Source of the DNA: Rhodoferax sp.
GTDB lineage: Bacteria > Pseudomonadota > Gammaproteobacteria > Burkholderiales > Burkholderiaceae_C
Assembly (NCBI GenBank): GCA_025358555.1
Contig: JANYJD010000036.1
Span: 1-60,056, forward strand
DNA: 60,056 nucleotides
Direction of reading: 5' to 3'
The notes below the pieces were generated by a model, which saw nothing but the letters and a program-made list of their open reading frames with translations, searched no databases and was not told where the DNA came from. Numbering within the stretch: the stretch's first letter is position 1; the number at the start of each line of letters is the position of its first letter. The position numbers and the translations under genes are program-made. Positions 32,674 through 40,963 of this stretch are shown one piece after another.

Positions 32674-33932
32674 CTGAATTTTTTGACACCCTTGAAACGC
32701 GTGAGCCGGCGGCGCGCGAAGCGGCATTGATGGTGGCGCTGGCGGGGCAAATTGCGCATGCGCAGAAAAATTCGCCTGCGATGGCGGAGGTTCTGCGCGG
32801 GGTCGATGCGGGAAACGTCACCAGCCGCGTCGCGCTGACAAAACTGCCCGTCACCCGCAAGAGCGAGTTGCTGGAGCGGCAAAAAGCGGCGCGCGCCAAA
32901 TCGGGTGGCGTTGAAATGTTCGGCGGGTTTTCCACCTTGGTACGCGGCCCCCACATGCCGCGTGTGTTTGCGTCACCCGGCCCGATCTATGAGCCCGATG
33001 GCGCTGGCCGGGATTACTGGCGCGGCGCACGCAGCCTGTACGCGGCGGGCTTCCGCTCCGGCGACCTGGTGCACAACGCTTTCAGCTACCACATGACGCC
33101 GGGAGCCTTCATCATGGAGTCGGCTGCGCATGCGATTGGCTGCACGGTGTTTCCGGCCGGCGTGGGCCAGACCGAGCAGCAACTCGAAGCCATCGCCGAC
33201 CTGAAACCCAGCGCCTATCTGGGCACGCCCAGCTTTTTGCGCATTCTGGTTGAAAAGGCGCGTGACGCGGGCAGTGACATCAGCAGCATCAAAAAAGGGC
33301 TGGTCGGTGGCGAGGCCTTTGTGCCCAGCTTGCGGGACTGGTTTACAGAACGGGGCCTCAACATCTATCAAAGTTATGCCACGGCAGATCTGGGTCTGGT
33401 GGCCTACGAGACCACCGCCCGCGAAGGCCTGGTGCTGGACGAAGGCGTGATTGTGGAAATCGTGCGCCCTGGCACAGGTGACCCTGTTGCTGCGGGCGAG
33501 GTGGGTGAACTGGTGGTGACCACGCTCAACCCCGGCTACCCATTGATCAGATTTGCCACGGGCGACCTTTCGGCTTTGCTTGCGGGCACCTGCCCCACTG
33601 GCCGCACCAACACCCGCATCAAGGGCTGGATGGGCCGGGCCGACCAGACCACCAAAATCCGCGGCATGTTTGTGCACCCCAAGCAGGTGGACGACATCGT
33701 CAAACGTTTCCCCGAGGTGGCCCGAGCCCGCCTCATCGTGGCGGGCGAGATGGCCAACGACACGATGACGCTGATGGTCGAAACCGCGTGCAGTGGCCCC
33801 GACGCGCTGGCACAAAAAATCAGTGACGCGATCCGCGACGTAACCAAGCTGCGCGGCGAGGTTGAGCTGGTGGCCGTGGGCAGCCTGCCCAATGACGGCA
33901 AGGTGATCGAGGACGCCCGCAGCTACAAGTAA
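32670..33932 (+). CDS. phenylacetate-CoA-ligase-family adenylate-forming enzyme (PaaK-like)
   Basis: About 420 aa with a PaaK-type layout (LPVTRKSEL..., YQSYATADLGLVAYE, RTNTRIKGWMGRADQTTKIRGMFVHP). The ATG at 32670 overlaps the stop of the upstream ATPase gene (ATGA). Confidence 0.78.
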   Translation: MTEFFDTLETREPAAREAALMVALAGQIAHAQKNSPAMAEVLRGVDAGNVTSRVALTKLPVTRKSELLERQKAARAKSGGVEMFGGFSTLVRGPHMPRVFASPGPIYEPDGAGRDYWRGARSLYAAGFRSGDLVHNAFSYHMTPGAFIMESAAHAIGCTVFPAGVGQTEQQLEAIADLKPSAYLGTPSFLRILVEKARDAGSDISSIKKGLVGGEAFVPSLRDWFTERGLNIYQSYATADLGLVAYETTAREGLVLDEGVIVEIVRPGTGDPVAAGEVGELVVTTLNPGYPLIRFATGDLSALLAGTCPTGRTNTRIKGWMGRADQTTKIRGMFVHPKQVDDIVKRFPEVARARLIVAGEMANDTMTLMVETACSGPDALAQKISDAIRDVTKLRGEVELVAVGSLPNDGKVIEDARSYK

Positions 33933-34027
33933 TCGCCCGGTTTATGAAGGCGCGCTAAGTAGTTTCCGCATTGCCAGCGGGGCCAGTGGCCTTTACGCTT
34001 GCCGCATCGTTTTCAAGGATTTTTGAC

Positions 34028-35014
34028 ATGAATAAATTACTCGTTATTGCTGCCGCTGCGGCTTCGGTTTTCACCGGTTTCCAGGCGGGCGCGCAAGGCT
34101 ACCCCGGAACCAAGCCGATCTCCATCGTGGTGCCTTTCGCAGCGGGTGGCCCGACGGACCGCGTGGCCCGCGACCTGGCCGAAGCCATGCGCAAACCATT
34201 GGGGGGAGTGAGCATCGTTATTGAAAACGCAGCGGGTGCAGGCGGCTCCATCGGCGCCAACAAGGTGGCCAAGGCCAATCCCGATGGGTATACCCTGCTG
34301 CTGCACCACATCGGCATGGCCACCATGCCCACATTGGTTCGCAACATTCCGTTTAAGGTAGACAGCGATTTTGAATATCTGGGCATGGTGAATGATGTGC
34401 CGATGACGCTGATTGCCAAACCCATGATGGCCGCCAACACCTACAAAGAGCTGGCAGCCTGGATCAACCAGAACAAGGGCAAGATCAACCTTGGCAACGC
34501 TGGCGTGGGCTCTGCTTCGCACCTGTGCGGCCTGCTGTTCCAGAATGCCCTGCAGGTGGACATGACCACCGTGCCCTACAAGGGCACGGCTCCGGCCATG
34601 ACCGACCTGATTGGCGGCCAGATTGACCTGATGTGCGACCAGACCACCAACACCACGAGCCAGATTGAGGCAAAAAAGGTCAAGGCGTTTGCAGTGACCA
34701 CAGCCCAGCGCCTTGGTACACCGGTGCTTAAAGACATTCCCACCTTGCAGGAGTCGGGTCTCAAGGGCTTTGAGATCACCATTTGGCATGGTTTGTACGC
34801 GCCCAAAGGGACCCCGGCCGATATCCAGGCCAAGCTCAGTGCGGCCCTCAAAGTCGCCTTGAAAGACCCGGATTTCATCAAGAAGCAGGAAGGCCTGGGC
34901 GCGATTGTGGTGCATGACAAACGCATGGAACCCGCAGAGCACAAGAAGTTTGTGGCAGCCGAGATTGCCAAGCTCAGCCCCATCATCAAGGCGGCGGGCG
35001 TGTACGCGGACTGA
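34028..35014 (+). CDS. Bug-family (TctC-like) tripartite tricarboxylate transporter substrate-binding protein
   Basis: Signal peptide MNKLLVIAAAAASVFTGFQAGA. Bug-family motifs: KPISIVVPFAAGGPTDRVAR, PDGYTLLL, VPYKGTAPAMTDLIGGQID. Confidence 0.88.
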   Translation: MNKLLVIAAAAASVFTGFQAGAQGYPGTKPISIVVPFAAGGPTDRVARDLAEAMRKPLGGVSIVIENAAGAGGSIGANKVAKANPDGYTLLLHHIGMATMPTLVRNIPFKVDSDFEYLGMVNDVPMTLIAKPMMAANTYKELAAWINQNKGKINLGNAGVGSASHLCGLLFQNALQVDMTTVPYKGTAPAMTDLIGGQIDLMCDQTTNTTSQIEAKKVKAFAVTTAQRLGTPVLKDIPTLQESGLKGFEITIWHGLYAPKGTPADIQAKLSAALKVALKDPDFIKKQEGLGAIVVHDKRMEPAEHKKFVAAEIAKLSPIIKAAGVYAD

Positions 35015-35035
35015 TCAGGTCATCGCGCCCTCCCA

Positions 35036-35061
35036 AACGCCGCCTTCGGGCGGTTTTTTTT
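35036..35061 (+). terminator. rho-independent terminator
   Basis: CCGCC-TTCG-GGCGG followed by T8, 25 nt after the Bug gene stop. Confidence 0.7.
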
Positions 35062-35108
35062 CCGTCGTGAGCTGGAGGGTGGCAGGGTAATCCCCAGTCA
35101 AAATATTA

Positions 35109-35122
35109 GTCACAATCGTTAC
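35109..35122. promoter_or_regulatory. candidate operator upstream of the TRAP operon
   Basis: GTCACAATCGTTAC matches the perfect palindrome GTAACGATCGTTAC (39390-39403) at 12 of 14 positions. The exact 11-mer ATCGTTACTAT is shared when flanks are included. It lies about 45 nt upstream of the dctQ-like start. Confidence 0.4.
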
Positions 35123-35163
35123 TATAAGGTCTGAACTAACACTAACAATCAGACGAATCAACC

Positions 35164-35664
35164 ATGAAAGACGGCAAACTTGAGGAAGCGCTGGCCGTCG
35201 CGGCGATGGTATTGCTGGTGGCCATCACCTTGCTGAATGTGTTGACCCGCTACTTCACGGACGAGTCGTTTGCCTGGACCGAGGAGTTGTCTGTATTCCT
35301 GATGGTGGTGATGGCGCTGTCCGGTGCCAGCGCGATTGCAATGCGGGATCGGCACATCCGCATTGAATTCCTGTTCAACCGCCGCACGCCACAGGGGGAC
35401 GAAATTCCAAGGCGCAGCCTCAAGCTGTTCAGTTGCCTCGCGACAAGTGCCGTATTTGCCTTGCTGGCGGCGCTATTTGCGCGCTGGGTCTGGGACCAGT
35501 ACAAGTTCTCTGAAACCAGCATGGGCCTGGGTGTTCCCCTGTGGTGGTATGGGCTGGCGATGCCGGTGCTGTGCCTGGCGATCGCAGGGCGGGCAGCAGG
35601 CGCATTTTTGCGCGCGCTGCACGAGAGGCCAGAAGCTGCGCCTTCAAAAAACCCGCCGCCATGA
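35164..35664 (+). CDS. TRAP transporter small permease (DctQ family)
   Basis: 166 aa with four hydrophobic segments, immediately upstream of and overlapping (ATGA at 35661) the large permease gene. Confidence 0.8.
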   Translation: MKDGKLEEALAVAAMVLLVAITLLNVLTRYFTDESFAWTEELSVFLMVVMALSGASAIAMRDRHIRIEFLFNRRTPQGDEIPRRSLKLFSCLATSAVFALLAALFARWVWDQYKFSETSMGLGVPLWWYGLAMPVLCLAIAGRAAGAFLRALHERPEAAPSKNPPP

Positions 35665-36959
35665 TTGCCGCCTTTTTGCTGCTCTCATTCATCGGGTTGA
35701 TGCTGCTCGGCGTGCCGATTGCTGTCGGATTGGCGGCCAGCGGACTGATGTCGATTGCCTGGGCTAACTGGGACGCGCAGTGGTTTGGCCTGCTGGCAGC
35801 GCCGCAAAACTTTTACTCTTCGGTGGCCAAGTACCCGCTGCTGGCGCTGCCCATGTTTGTGCTGGTTGGCTCGATTTTTGACCGCTCCGGCGTTGCCCAG
35901 CGAATGGTGACGTTTGCGATTGCCTGTGTGGGCCGGGGCCCGGGCATGCTGCCCACGGTGGCGATTTTGGTGGCCATGGTGCTGGGCGGCATCAGCGGCT
36001 CGGGGCCGGCCAACGCGGCAGCAGTGGGTGGCGTGATGATTGCCGCAATGTCCCGCGCGGGTTATCCGGCTGCGTTTTCAGCCACCATTGTTGGCGCGGC
36101 TGCTGCTACGGACATCTTGATCCCACCAAGCATTGCCTTCGTGGTGTACAGCGTGCTGGTGCCTGGCGCGTCAGTACCGGCGTTGTTCGCAGCGGGCATG
36201 ATTCCCGGCATCCTGGCCGGGTTGGCGCTGATCGTACCGGCCATCTGGCTGTCGCGCCGGCACAGTCTGGGCGCTGCAGAGCGTGACATGCCGCGCCCGC
36301 CGTTTTGGGTTTCACTCAGGCAAGCGTCATGGGGGCTGGCAGCCCCGTTCCTGATTTTGGGCGGCATGCGCCTCGGCTGGTTTACACCCACAGAAGCTGC
36401 CGTGGCGGCGGTAGCCTATGGGCTGTTTGTCGGCATGGTGATTCATCGCAGCATTGGCTGGCGCGACCTTTACAGCATCTTTCGGGAAGCAGCAGAGATA
36501 TCGGCTGTGATCACGCTGATTTTGGGTGCGGCCGGCATCTTCAGCTATGCCATCAATACGCTGGGCGTGGCAGACCCGATTGCCGGCTGGGTGAAGGCGG
36601 CAGGGTTGGGTAGCCTGGGCACGTTGGCGCTGGTGTTGCTGGCCTTGCTGGTCATCAGCATGTTCATTGACGGCGTTTCGATCTTCCTGATTTTTGTACC
36701 ACTGCTGTACCCGGTGGCGCTGGCGTTCCAGTGGGACCTGGTGTGGTTTGGCGTGCTCATGACACTGGTGGTGGCCAAAGCCCAGTTCACGCCGCCGCTG
36801 GCGGTTAACTTGATGGTGAGTTGTCGCATGGCGGGCGTGAGCATTGAGAGCACAGTTCCCTGGGTGCTGTGGTTTATCGTGAGCTTTCTCGTGGTGATCA
36901 TGGCGGTGTTTTTCTACCCCGAGCTGGCGCTATGGCTGCCGCGCCATCTCGGCTATTGA
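35661..36959 (+). CDS. TRAP transporter large permease (DctM family)
   Basis: About 432-aa polytopic protein (MIAAFLLLSFIGLMLLGVPIAVGL...). The start was moved from the track start (35541) to the ATG at 35661. Confidence 0.88.
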   Translation: MIAAFLLLSFIGLMLLGVPIAVGLAASGLMSIAWANWDAQWFGLLAAPQNFYSSVAKYPLLALPMFVLVGSIFDRSGVAQRMVTFAIACVGRGPGMLPTVAILVAMVLGGISGSGPANAAAVGGVMIAAMSRAGYPAAFSATIVGAAAATDILIPPSIAFVVYSVLVPGASVPALFAAGMIPGILAGLALIVPAIWLSRRHSLGAAERDMPRPPFWVSLRQASWGLAAPFLILGGMRLGWFTPTEAAVAAVAYGLFVGMVIHRSIGWRDLYSIFREAAEISAVITLILGAAGIFSYAINTLGVADPIAGWVKAAGLGSLGTLALVLLALLVISMFIDGVSIFLIFVPLLYPVALAFQWDLVWFGVLMTLVVAKAQFTPPLAVNLMVSCRMAGVSIESTVPWVLWFIVSFLVVIMAVFFYPELALWLPRHLGY

Positions 36960-36983
36960 TGGTGGTGGCTCAGGAGATACGAC

Positions 36984-38060
36984 ATGAAAATTGACATGAA
37001 GATCGACACGAAAATCCACACGATGAGTGCCCTCAAAAGGCGTTCACTAGTGCGCCTTGCGGCCGCCTCGGCCGCTGTTGTTGCGCTGCCCCGCTACGCA
37101 TTTGCCCAAACCGCCTACAGGGCCGAGTACAAGATGAGCACCGTGGTGCCACCTGCTTTTGCCTGGGGCAAGGGCGGCGAGATATTCGCAAACATCGTGC
37201 GCGAGCGCACCAGCGGGCGCATCAACATCAAGCAATACCCCGGTGCGTCGCTGGTGCAAGGGGACCAGACGCGGGAGCTGTCGGCCATGCGCCAGGGCAT
37301 CATTGATGTACTGTGCGGCGCGCCCGTCAACTGGACCGGAACGGCGCGCGAACTGGGCGTGTTCACCCTGCCGTTCCTTTTTCCTGACCACAAGGCCTGG
37401 GACGCCGTGATGGCCAGTGACGTGGTGCAAAAAGACTACTTCGACATGGTGCGCAAAGCCGGTGCCGAGCCGCTGGCGGTGGGTGAGACTGGCTACCGGC
37501 AAATCAGTAACAGCAAGCGCCCGATCTTGAAGCCTGATGACCTCAAGGGCATCAAAATCCGCGTGGTGGGCAGTCCCATGTACGGTGAGATCATGAGCGG
37601 CATGGGAGCCAACCCGACCTTCATGGGCTGGGCGGATGCGCAGCCCGCCCTGGCCTCTGGCGCGGTAGACGCGCAGGAAAACCCGCTGGAGGTTTTTCTG
37701 GCCGCCAAGGTGCATACCTTGGGTCAAAAATTCGTTACCAAATGGAACTACTCCAACGATATTTTGCTGTTTGCCATTGCTGCGCCGGTGTGGCAAAGCT
37801 GGACGCCCGCCGACCAGAAAATCGTGCGCGAAGCGGGTATCGATGCGGCCCGGCAGCAGGTCGTTCTTGTTCGCACCCTGTTTGCGCAGGATGTAGAGCG
37901 CGTCAAGGCTCTGGGCGTACAGGTGCATGTGCCCACAACCGAGGAAATGCAGCTCTGGCAAATCGCCACGCGCCGCACCTATGCGCGATGGAAGGTGCAA
38001 ACCGATGCGGCCCTGCTGGCCAAGGTTGAGGCGGTGATTGAAAAATCGAGAAAAGCTTGA
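36984..38060 (+). CDS. TRAP transporter substrate-binding protein (DctP family)
   Basis: AGGAGA lies 6 nt upstream of the ATG at 36984. A signal region follows (RRSLVRLAAASAAVVALPRYAFA). DctP-like body; substrate unknown. Confidence 0.85.
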   Translation: MKIDMKIDTKIHTMSALKRRSLVRLAAASAAVVALPRYAFAQTAYRAEYKMSTVVPPAFAWGKGGEIFANIVRERTSGRINIKQYPGASLVQGDQTRELSAMRQGIIDVLCGAPVNWTGTARELGVFTLPFLFPDHKAWDAVMASDVVQKDYFDMVRKAGAEPLAVGETGYRQISNSKRPILKPDDLKGIKIRVVGSPMYGEIMSGMGANPTFMGWADAQPALASGAVDAQENPLEVFLAAKVHTLGQKFVTKWNYSNDILLFAIAAPVWQSWTPADQKIVREAGIDAARQQVVLVRTLFAQDVERVKALGVQVHVPTTEEMQLWQIATRRTYARWKVQTDAALLAKVEAVIEKSRKA

Positions 38061-38098
38061 CTCTGAAACCTGACCCCACAGCCTGACCGCAGAGCCTG

Positions 38099-38593
38099 AT
38101 GCCCAAACCCTTACTGCAAGCCGCCGTTGACACTTCACCGTCACCCCACAAACTACTGCCCCTGGATTCGTCGCTCTTCTTCAAGCTGGTGCGCGTGGTC
38201 AACCTCACAGCGCGACCTTTCCAGGCAGGGATGGGCAAAGCGCATCAACTCACACTCAATGAATGGCGTGTGATGGTGGTGCTGGCGTCACACCCGGGCA
38301 GCGCCGCCACCGAGGTTGCGGAGGCCACAGGGCTTGACAAGATGTCCGTCAGCCGTGCGCTGTCTGGCCTTGGCCGCCTGGACCGCGTGGTGCTCAAGAG
38401 TGATTCGAGCGATCAGCGTCGCAGCCAGGTGTATCTGTCGGCAGCCGGCCGCAAGCTGTTCGCCCGTATAGGCGGCCACGCCGTTCAGCGCGAAACCGAG
38501 CTTTTCAACGGGGTATCTGCCCAAGAACTCAAGGCGATGGGCCACACGCTTGACAAGCTGGTGCTAGCCTTGAAGTCGTCCGAACCCAAATAA
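38099..38593 (+). CDS. MarR-family transcriptional regulator
   Basis: Winged helix-turn-helix: LTLNEWRVMVVLASHPGSAATEVAEATGLDKMSVSRALSGL...DQRRSQVYLSAAGRKLF. Confidence 0.88.
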   Translation: MPKPLLQAAVDTSPSPHKLLPLDSSLFFKLVRVVNLTARPFQAGMGKAHQLTLNEWRVMVVLASHPGSAATEVAEATGLDKMSVSRALSGLGRLDRVVLKSDSSDQRRSQVYLSAAGRKLFARIGGHAVQRETELFNGVSAQELKAMGHTLDKLVLALKSSEPK

Positions 38594-39379
38594 GTCGGGA
38601 GAGGCATGTGCATTGGCCGTGGCGTCGGCATCTCCAAACCGTTCGCGACCTTCGGCCCAGCCCATCAACAACGCGCCAAACGGTGCCGCCAGGTTCACCT
38701 GGGCGCCCGCTTCGCACACCACGAAGGCATTGGCTTGTGCGCTTTGCTGGTTGACCAGAAGATTTCCGCCACGCACCCAGAATTCAGTCAAATGCGTGAC
38801 CTTAAATCCCGCAGTTGCGCCCGGCCGAAATTTCAGTTGAACCATGCGGTGATCGGAGCCAGTGCCGCCATAGTCAAAAATGCCTTGGCGTGTGATGCCT
38901 GCAAAACCCGTGGCGTGCGCTGGCTGCTGGTCCACCGGCACATTGATCTCCGGCGCAATCGACGGATCGGGGTTGCAAAAATCTTCGTGACGGGAGCCTG
39001 CATGCACGCCGCTGATGCTGCTCGCAGGCGGGTAGATGACTGCGCCTTCCAGCCGCGACACCAGCACCGTGTCTTCGTAAGCCATCGCATCATGGGTCGA
39101 CCCCAAAACATTGATGCCCGCCTCATGCAGGTGAATCGGGCCGTGGTAATCCGTCAAACCGCCCTGGATGACCAGGCTGGTGGCAACGCCCCGGTGCTGG
39201 TGCAGACCGCTGCGCGCAAACGCGTCAAAACGCACCAAGCCGAGAAAATGGCCTTGGGCTTCGTCGGTGCGCACCGGTTTGAGCCAAAGGCCGCTATTCG
39301 CGGTGGCCTGCCAGGGCACGGCGGCCATGTCAAACACGTGAACGCGACCTTGCGCTTGAAGGGAGTAAAGGGATTCCAT
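38564..39379 (-). CDS. bicupin-domain protein (ChrR-like cupin), function unknown
   Basis: Two cupin-like halves (GLHQHRGVATSLVIQGGLTDYHG and FWVRGGNLLVNQQ). The start was provisionally set at the ATG at 39379, but no clear Shine-Dalgarno sequence precedes it. The 3' end overlaps the marR 3' end by 30 bp. Confidence 0.6.
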   Translation of the reverse strand: MESLYSLQAQGRVHVFDMAAVPWQATANSGLWLKPVRTDEAQGHFLGLVRFDAFARSGLHQHRGVATSLVIQGGLTDYHGPIHLHEAGINVLGSTHDAMAYEDTVLVSRLEGAVIYPPASSISGVHAGSRHEDFCNPDPSIAPEINVPVDQQPAHATGFAGITRQGIFDYGGTGSDHRMVQLKFRPGATAGFKVTHLTEFWVRGGNLLVNQQSAQANAFVVCEAGAQVNLAAPFGALLMGWAEGRERFGDADATANAHASPDLFGFGRLQG

Positions 39380-39389
39380 GTCTGTAATA

Positions 39390-39403
39390 GTAACGATCGT
39401 TAC
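39390..39403. promoter_or_regulatory. perfect 14-bp palindrome, candidate operator
   Basis: GTAACGATCGTTAC, in the divergent region between the cupin gene and the second Bug gene. A related site lies at 35109-35122. Confidence 0.45.
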
Positions 39404-39563
39404 CATTCTGGAAATTAGGGTATTCCCGAGCAAAGCCGGGCTTTGGTCTGGCCAGTCGTCCGGGCTGGCAAGGCAGATGGAGTCGCTTGCATGAACCGGT
39501 TGGGGCTATCATGAAGTGGGACTCGTCACGTTTTGTCGCAACTCCAACTTTCGGAGCAATTTT

Positions 39564-40583
39564 ATGTCAATTTTAGGAAAAAATCGCCGCTTATCCCTTG
39601 TCGGTATTGCACAGTTAGCTTCTATAGTTATAGCAAATTTCTCAAGTGGCAATGCGCTGGCCCAAACCGCCTGGCCCGCCAAGCCAGTCAAGATCGTGGT
39701 GCCCTTTGCGCCCGGCGGCACCACCGACCTGCTGGCACGCGCCATGGCCACCGAGCTGTCCAAGGCATTTCCACAGCCGTTCATCGTTGACAACCGGGCC
39801 GGTGCTGGTGGCAACCTGGGCGCAGACGTGGTGGCCAAGTCGCCCGCCGATGGCTACACGCTGCTGATGGGCACCGTGGGCACGCACGGCATCAACAAGT
39901 CGCTGTACAGCAAGATGCCTTTTGACCCGCAAAAAGACTTTGTACCCATCACGCTGGTGGCCGGCGTGCCCAACGTGATGATCATGAATGCCGAGGCGGC
40001 CAAAGCCAAGGGGATCAACACAGTCAAAGACTTCATCAAGTACGCCCGTGCCAACCCCGGCAAGCTCAACATGGCGTCCAGCGGCAACGGCACGTCAATC
40101 CATCTGTCGGGAGAGCTGTTCAAGGCAATGACCGGCACTTTCATGACGCACATCCCTTACACCGGCTCTGGCCCCGCTTTGCTGGGGCTTTTGTCCGGCA
40201 ACGTGGATGTGATGTTTGACAACCTGCCCTCAGCCCTGCCGCAAATCAAGAGCGGCAAGCTCACAGGTTTTGCCGTCACCAGCGCGCAGCGCTCGGGTGC
40301 CATTCCTGAACTGCCAACCATGGACGAGGCGGCCGGGCTCAAGGGATTCGACGCCAGCAGCTGGTTTGGTTTGCTGGGACCCGCAGGCACCCCGCCGGAT
40401 GTGGTCAACCGGGTTCAGCAGGAGGTTGCCAAAGCGCTGGCCAGCCCAGCAGTCAAGGAGAAGCTGCTGGCGCAGGGAGCGATTCCCAGCGGCAATACAC
40501 CGCAGGAGTTTGCCAAGTTCATCGATTCTGAAATCAAAAAATGGGCCCCGGTGGTCAAGGCGTCAGGCGCCAAGGTCGATTGA
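39564..40583 (+). CDS. Bug-family (TctC-like) substrate-binding protein
   Basis: Signal peptide, then [29 protein letters not shown] and [19 protein letters not shown]. The start was set to the ATG at 39564, after GGAG. Confidence 0.88.
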   Translation: MSILGKNRRLSLVGIAQLASIVIANFSSGNALAQTAWPAKPVKIVVPFAPGGTTDLLARAMATELSKAFPQPFIVDNRAGAGGNLGADVVAKSPADGYTLLMGTVGTHGINKSLYSKMPFDPQKDFVPITLVAGVPNVMIMNAEAAKAKGINTVKDFIKYARANPGKLNMASSGNGTSIHLSGELFKAMTGTFMTHIPYTGSGPALLGLLSGNVDVMFDNLPSALPQIKSGKLTGFAVTSAQRSGAIPELPTMDEAAGLKGFDASSWFGLLGPAGTPPDVVNRVQQEVAKALASPAVKEKLLAQGAIPSGNTPQEFAKFIDSEIKKWAPVVKASGAKVD

Positions 40584-40603
40584 CCGCGCTGGCTTTCCTC
40601 AAG

Positions 40604-40927
40604 CTAAACCCCCCAGACAATCTCCTGGCCCGCCTTGTCGCACGTGCGCAGCATCTCGATGAACGGGTGAGCCCGCTGGCGCAATGAGACGCCTTCAAGC
40701 CGGGGCACCACCTTGCCCTCTGCTTGAACCGCTGCACTGGCAGCCTTTTGATCAGCCTCTTCTTGCACCACGGCGGCATTCAGCGCGTCAATCGCGGCCT
40801 TCATTTGCGCGGGCAGGATGATGCCTTGCGCGCCGCTGTCCTTGCCAATGATGGACAGCACTTTTTCGCCGTTTGGCTGCAGCATGATGACGTCGCCGGT
40901 GGCTTTGGACTTGAATTTGTAGAGCAT
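40604..40927 (-). CDS. DUF1840-family protein
   Basis: MLYKFKSKATGDVIMLQPNGEKVLSIIGK... matches my recollection of the DUF1840 N-terminal signature. 107 aa. Confidence 0.6.
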   Translation of the reverse strand: MLYKFKSKATGDVIMLQPNGEKVLSIIGKDSGAQGIILPAQMKAAIDALNAAVVQEEADQKAASAAVQAEGKVVPRLEGVSLRQRAHPFIEMLRTCDKAGQEIVWGV

Positions 40928-40963
40928 GGTGGGAGTGCAGAGGTGGCATGGGTGGTGATGGGG

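Noticed and set aside
38069-38098. 13-bp tandem repeat CCTGACCCCACAG / CCTGACCGCAGAG / CCTGATG between the dctP-like stop and the marR start
   Set aside because: There are only about 2.5 short imperfect copies and no inverted symmetry. I cannot tell it apart from chance or a slippage scar, so I did not call it a regulatory site.
37047-38144. 365-aa minus-strand ORF
   Set aside because: It is antisense to the DctP-family gene and no motifs were recognised.
38564-38593. 30-bp convergent overlap of the marR and cupin gene 3' ends
   Set aside because: This is probably an ordinary 3' overlap of convergent genes. There is no independent evidence for antisense regulation.
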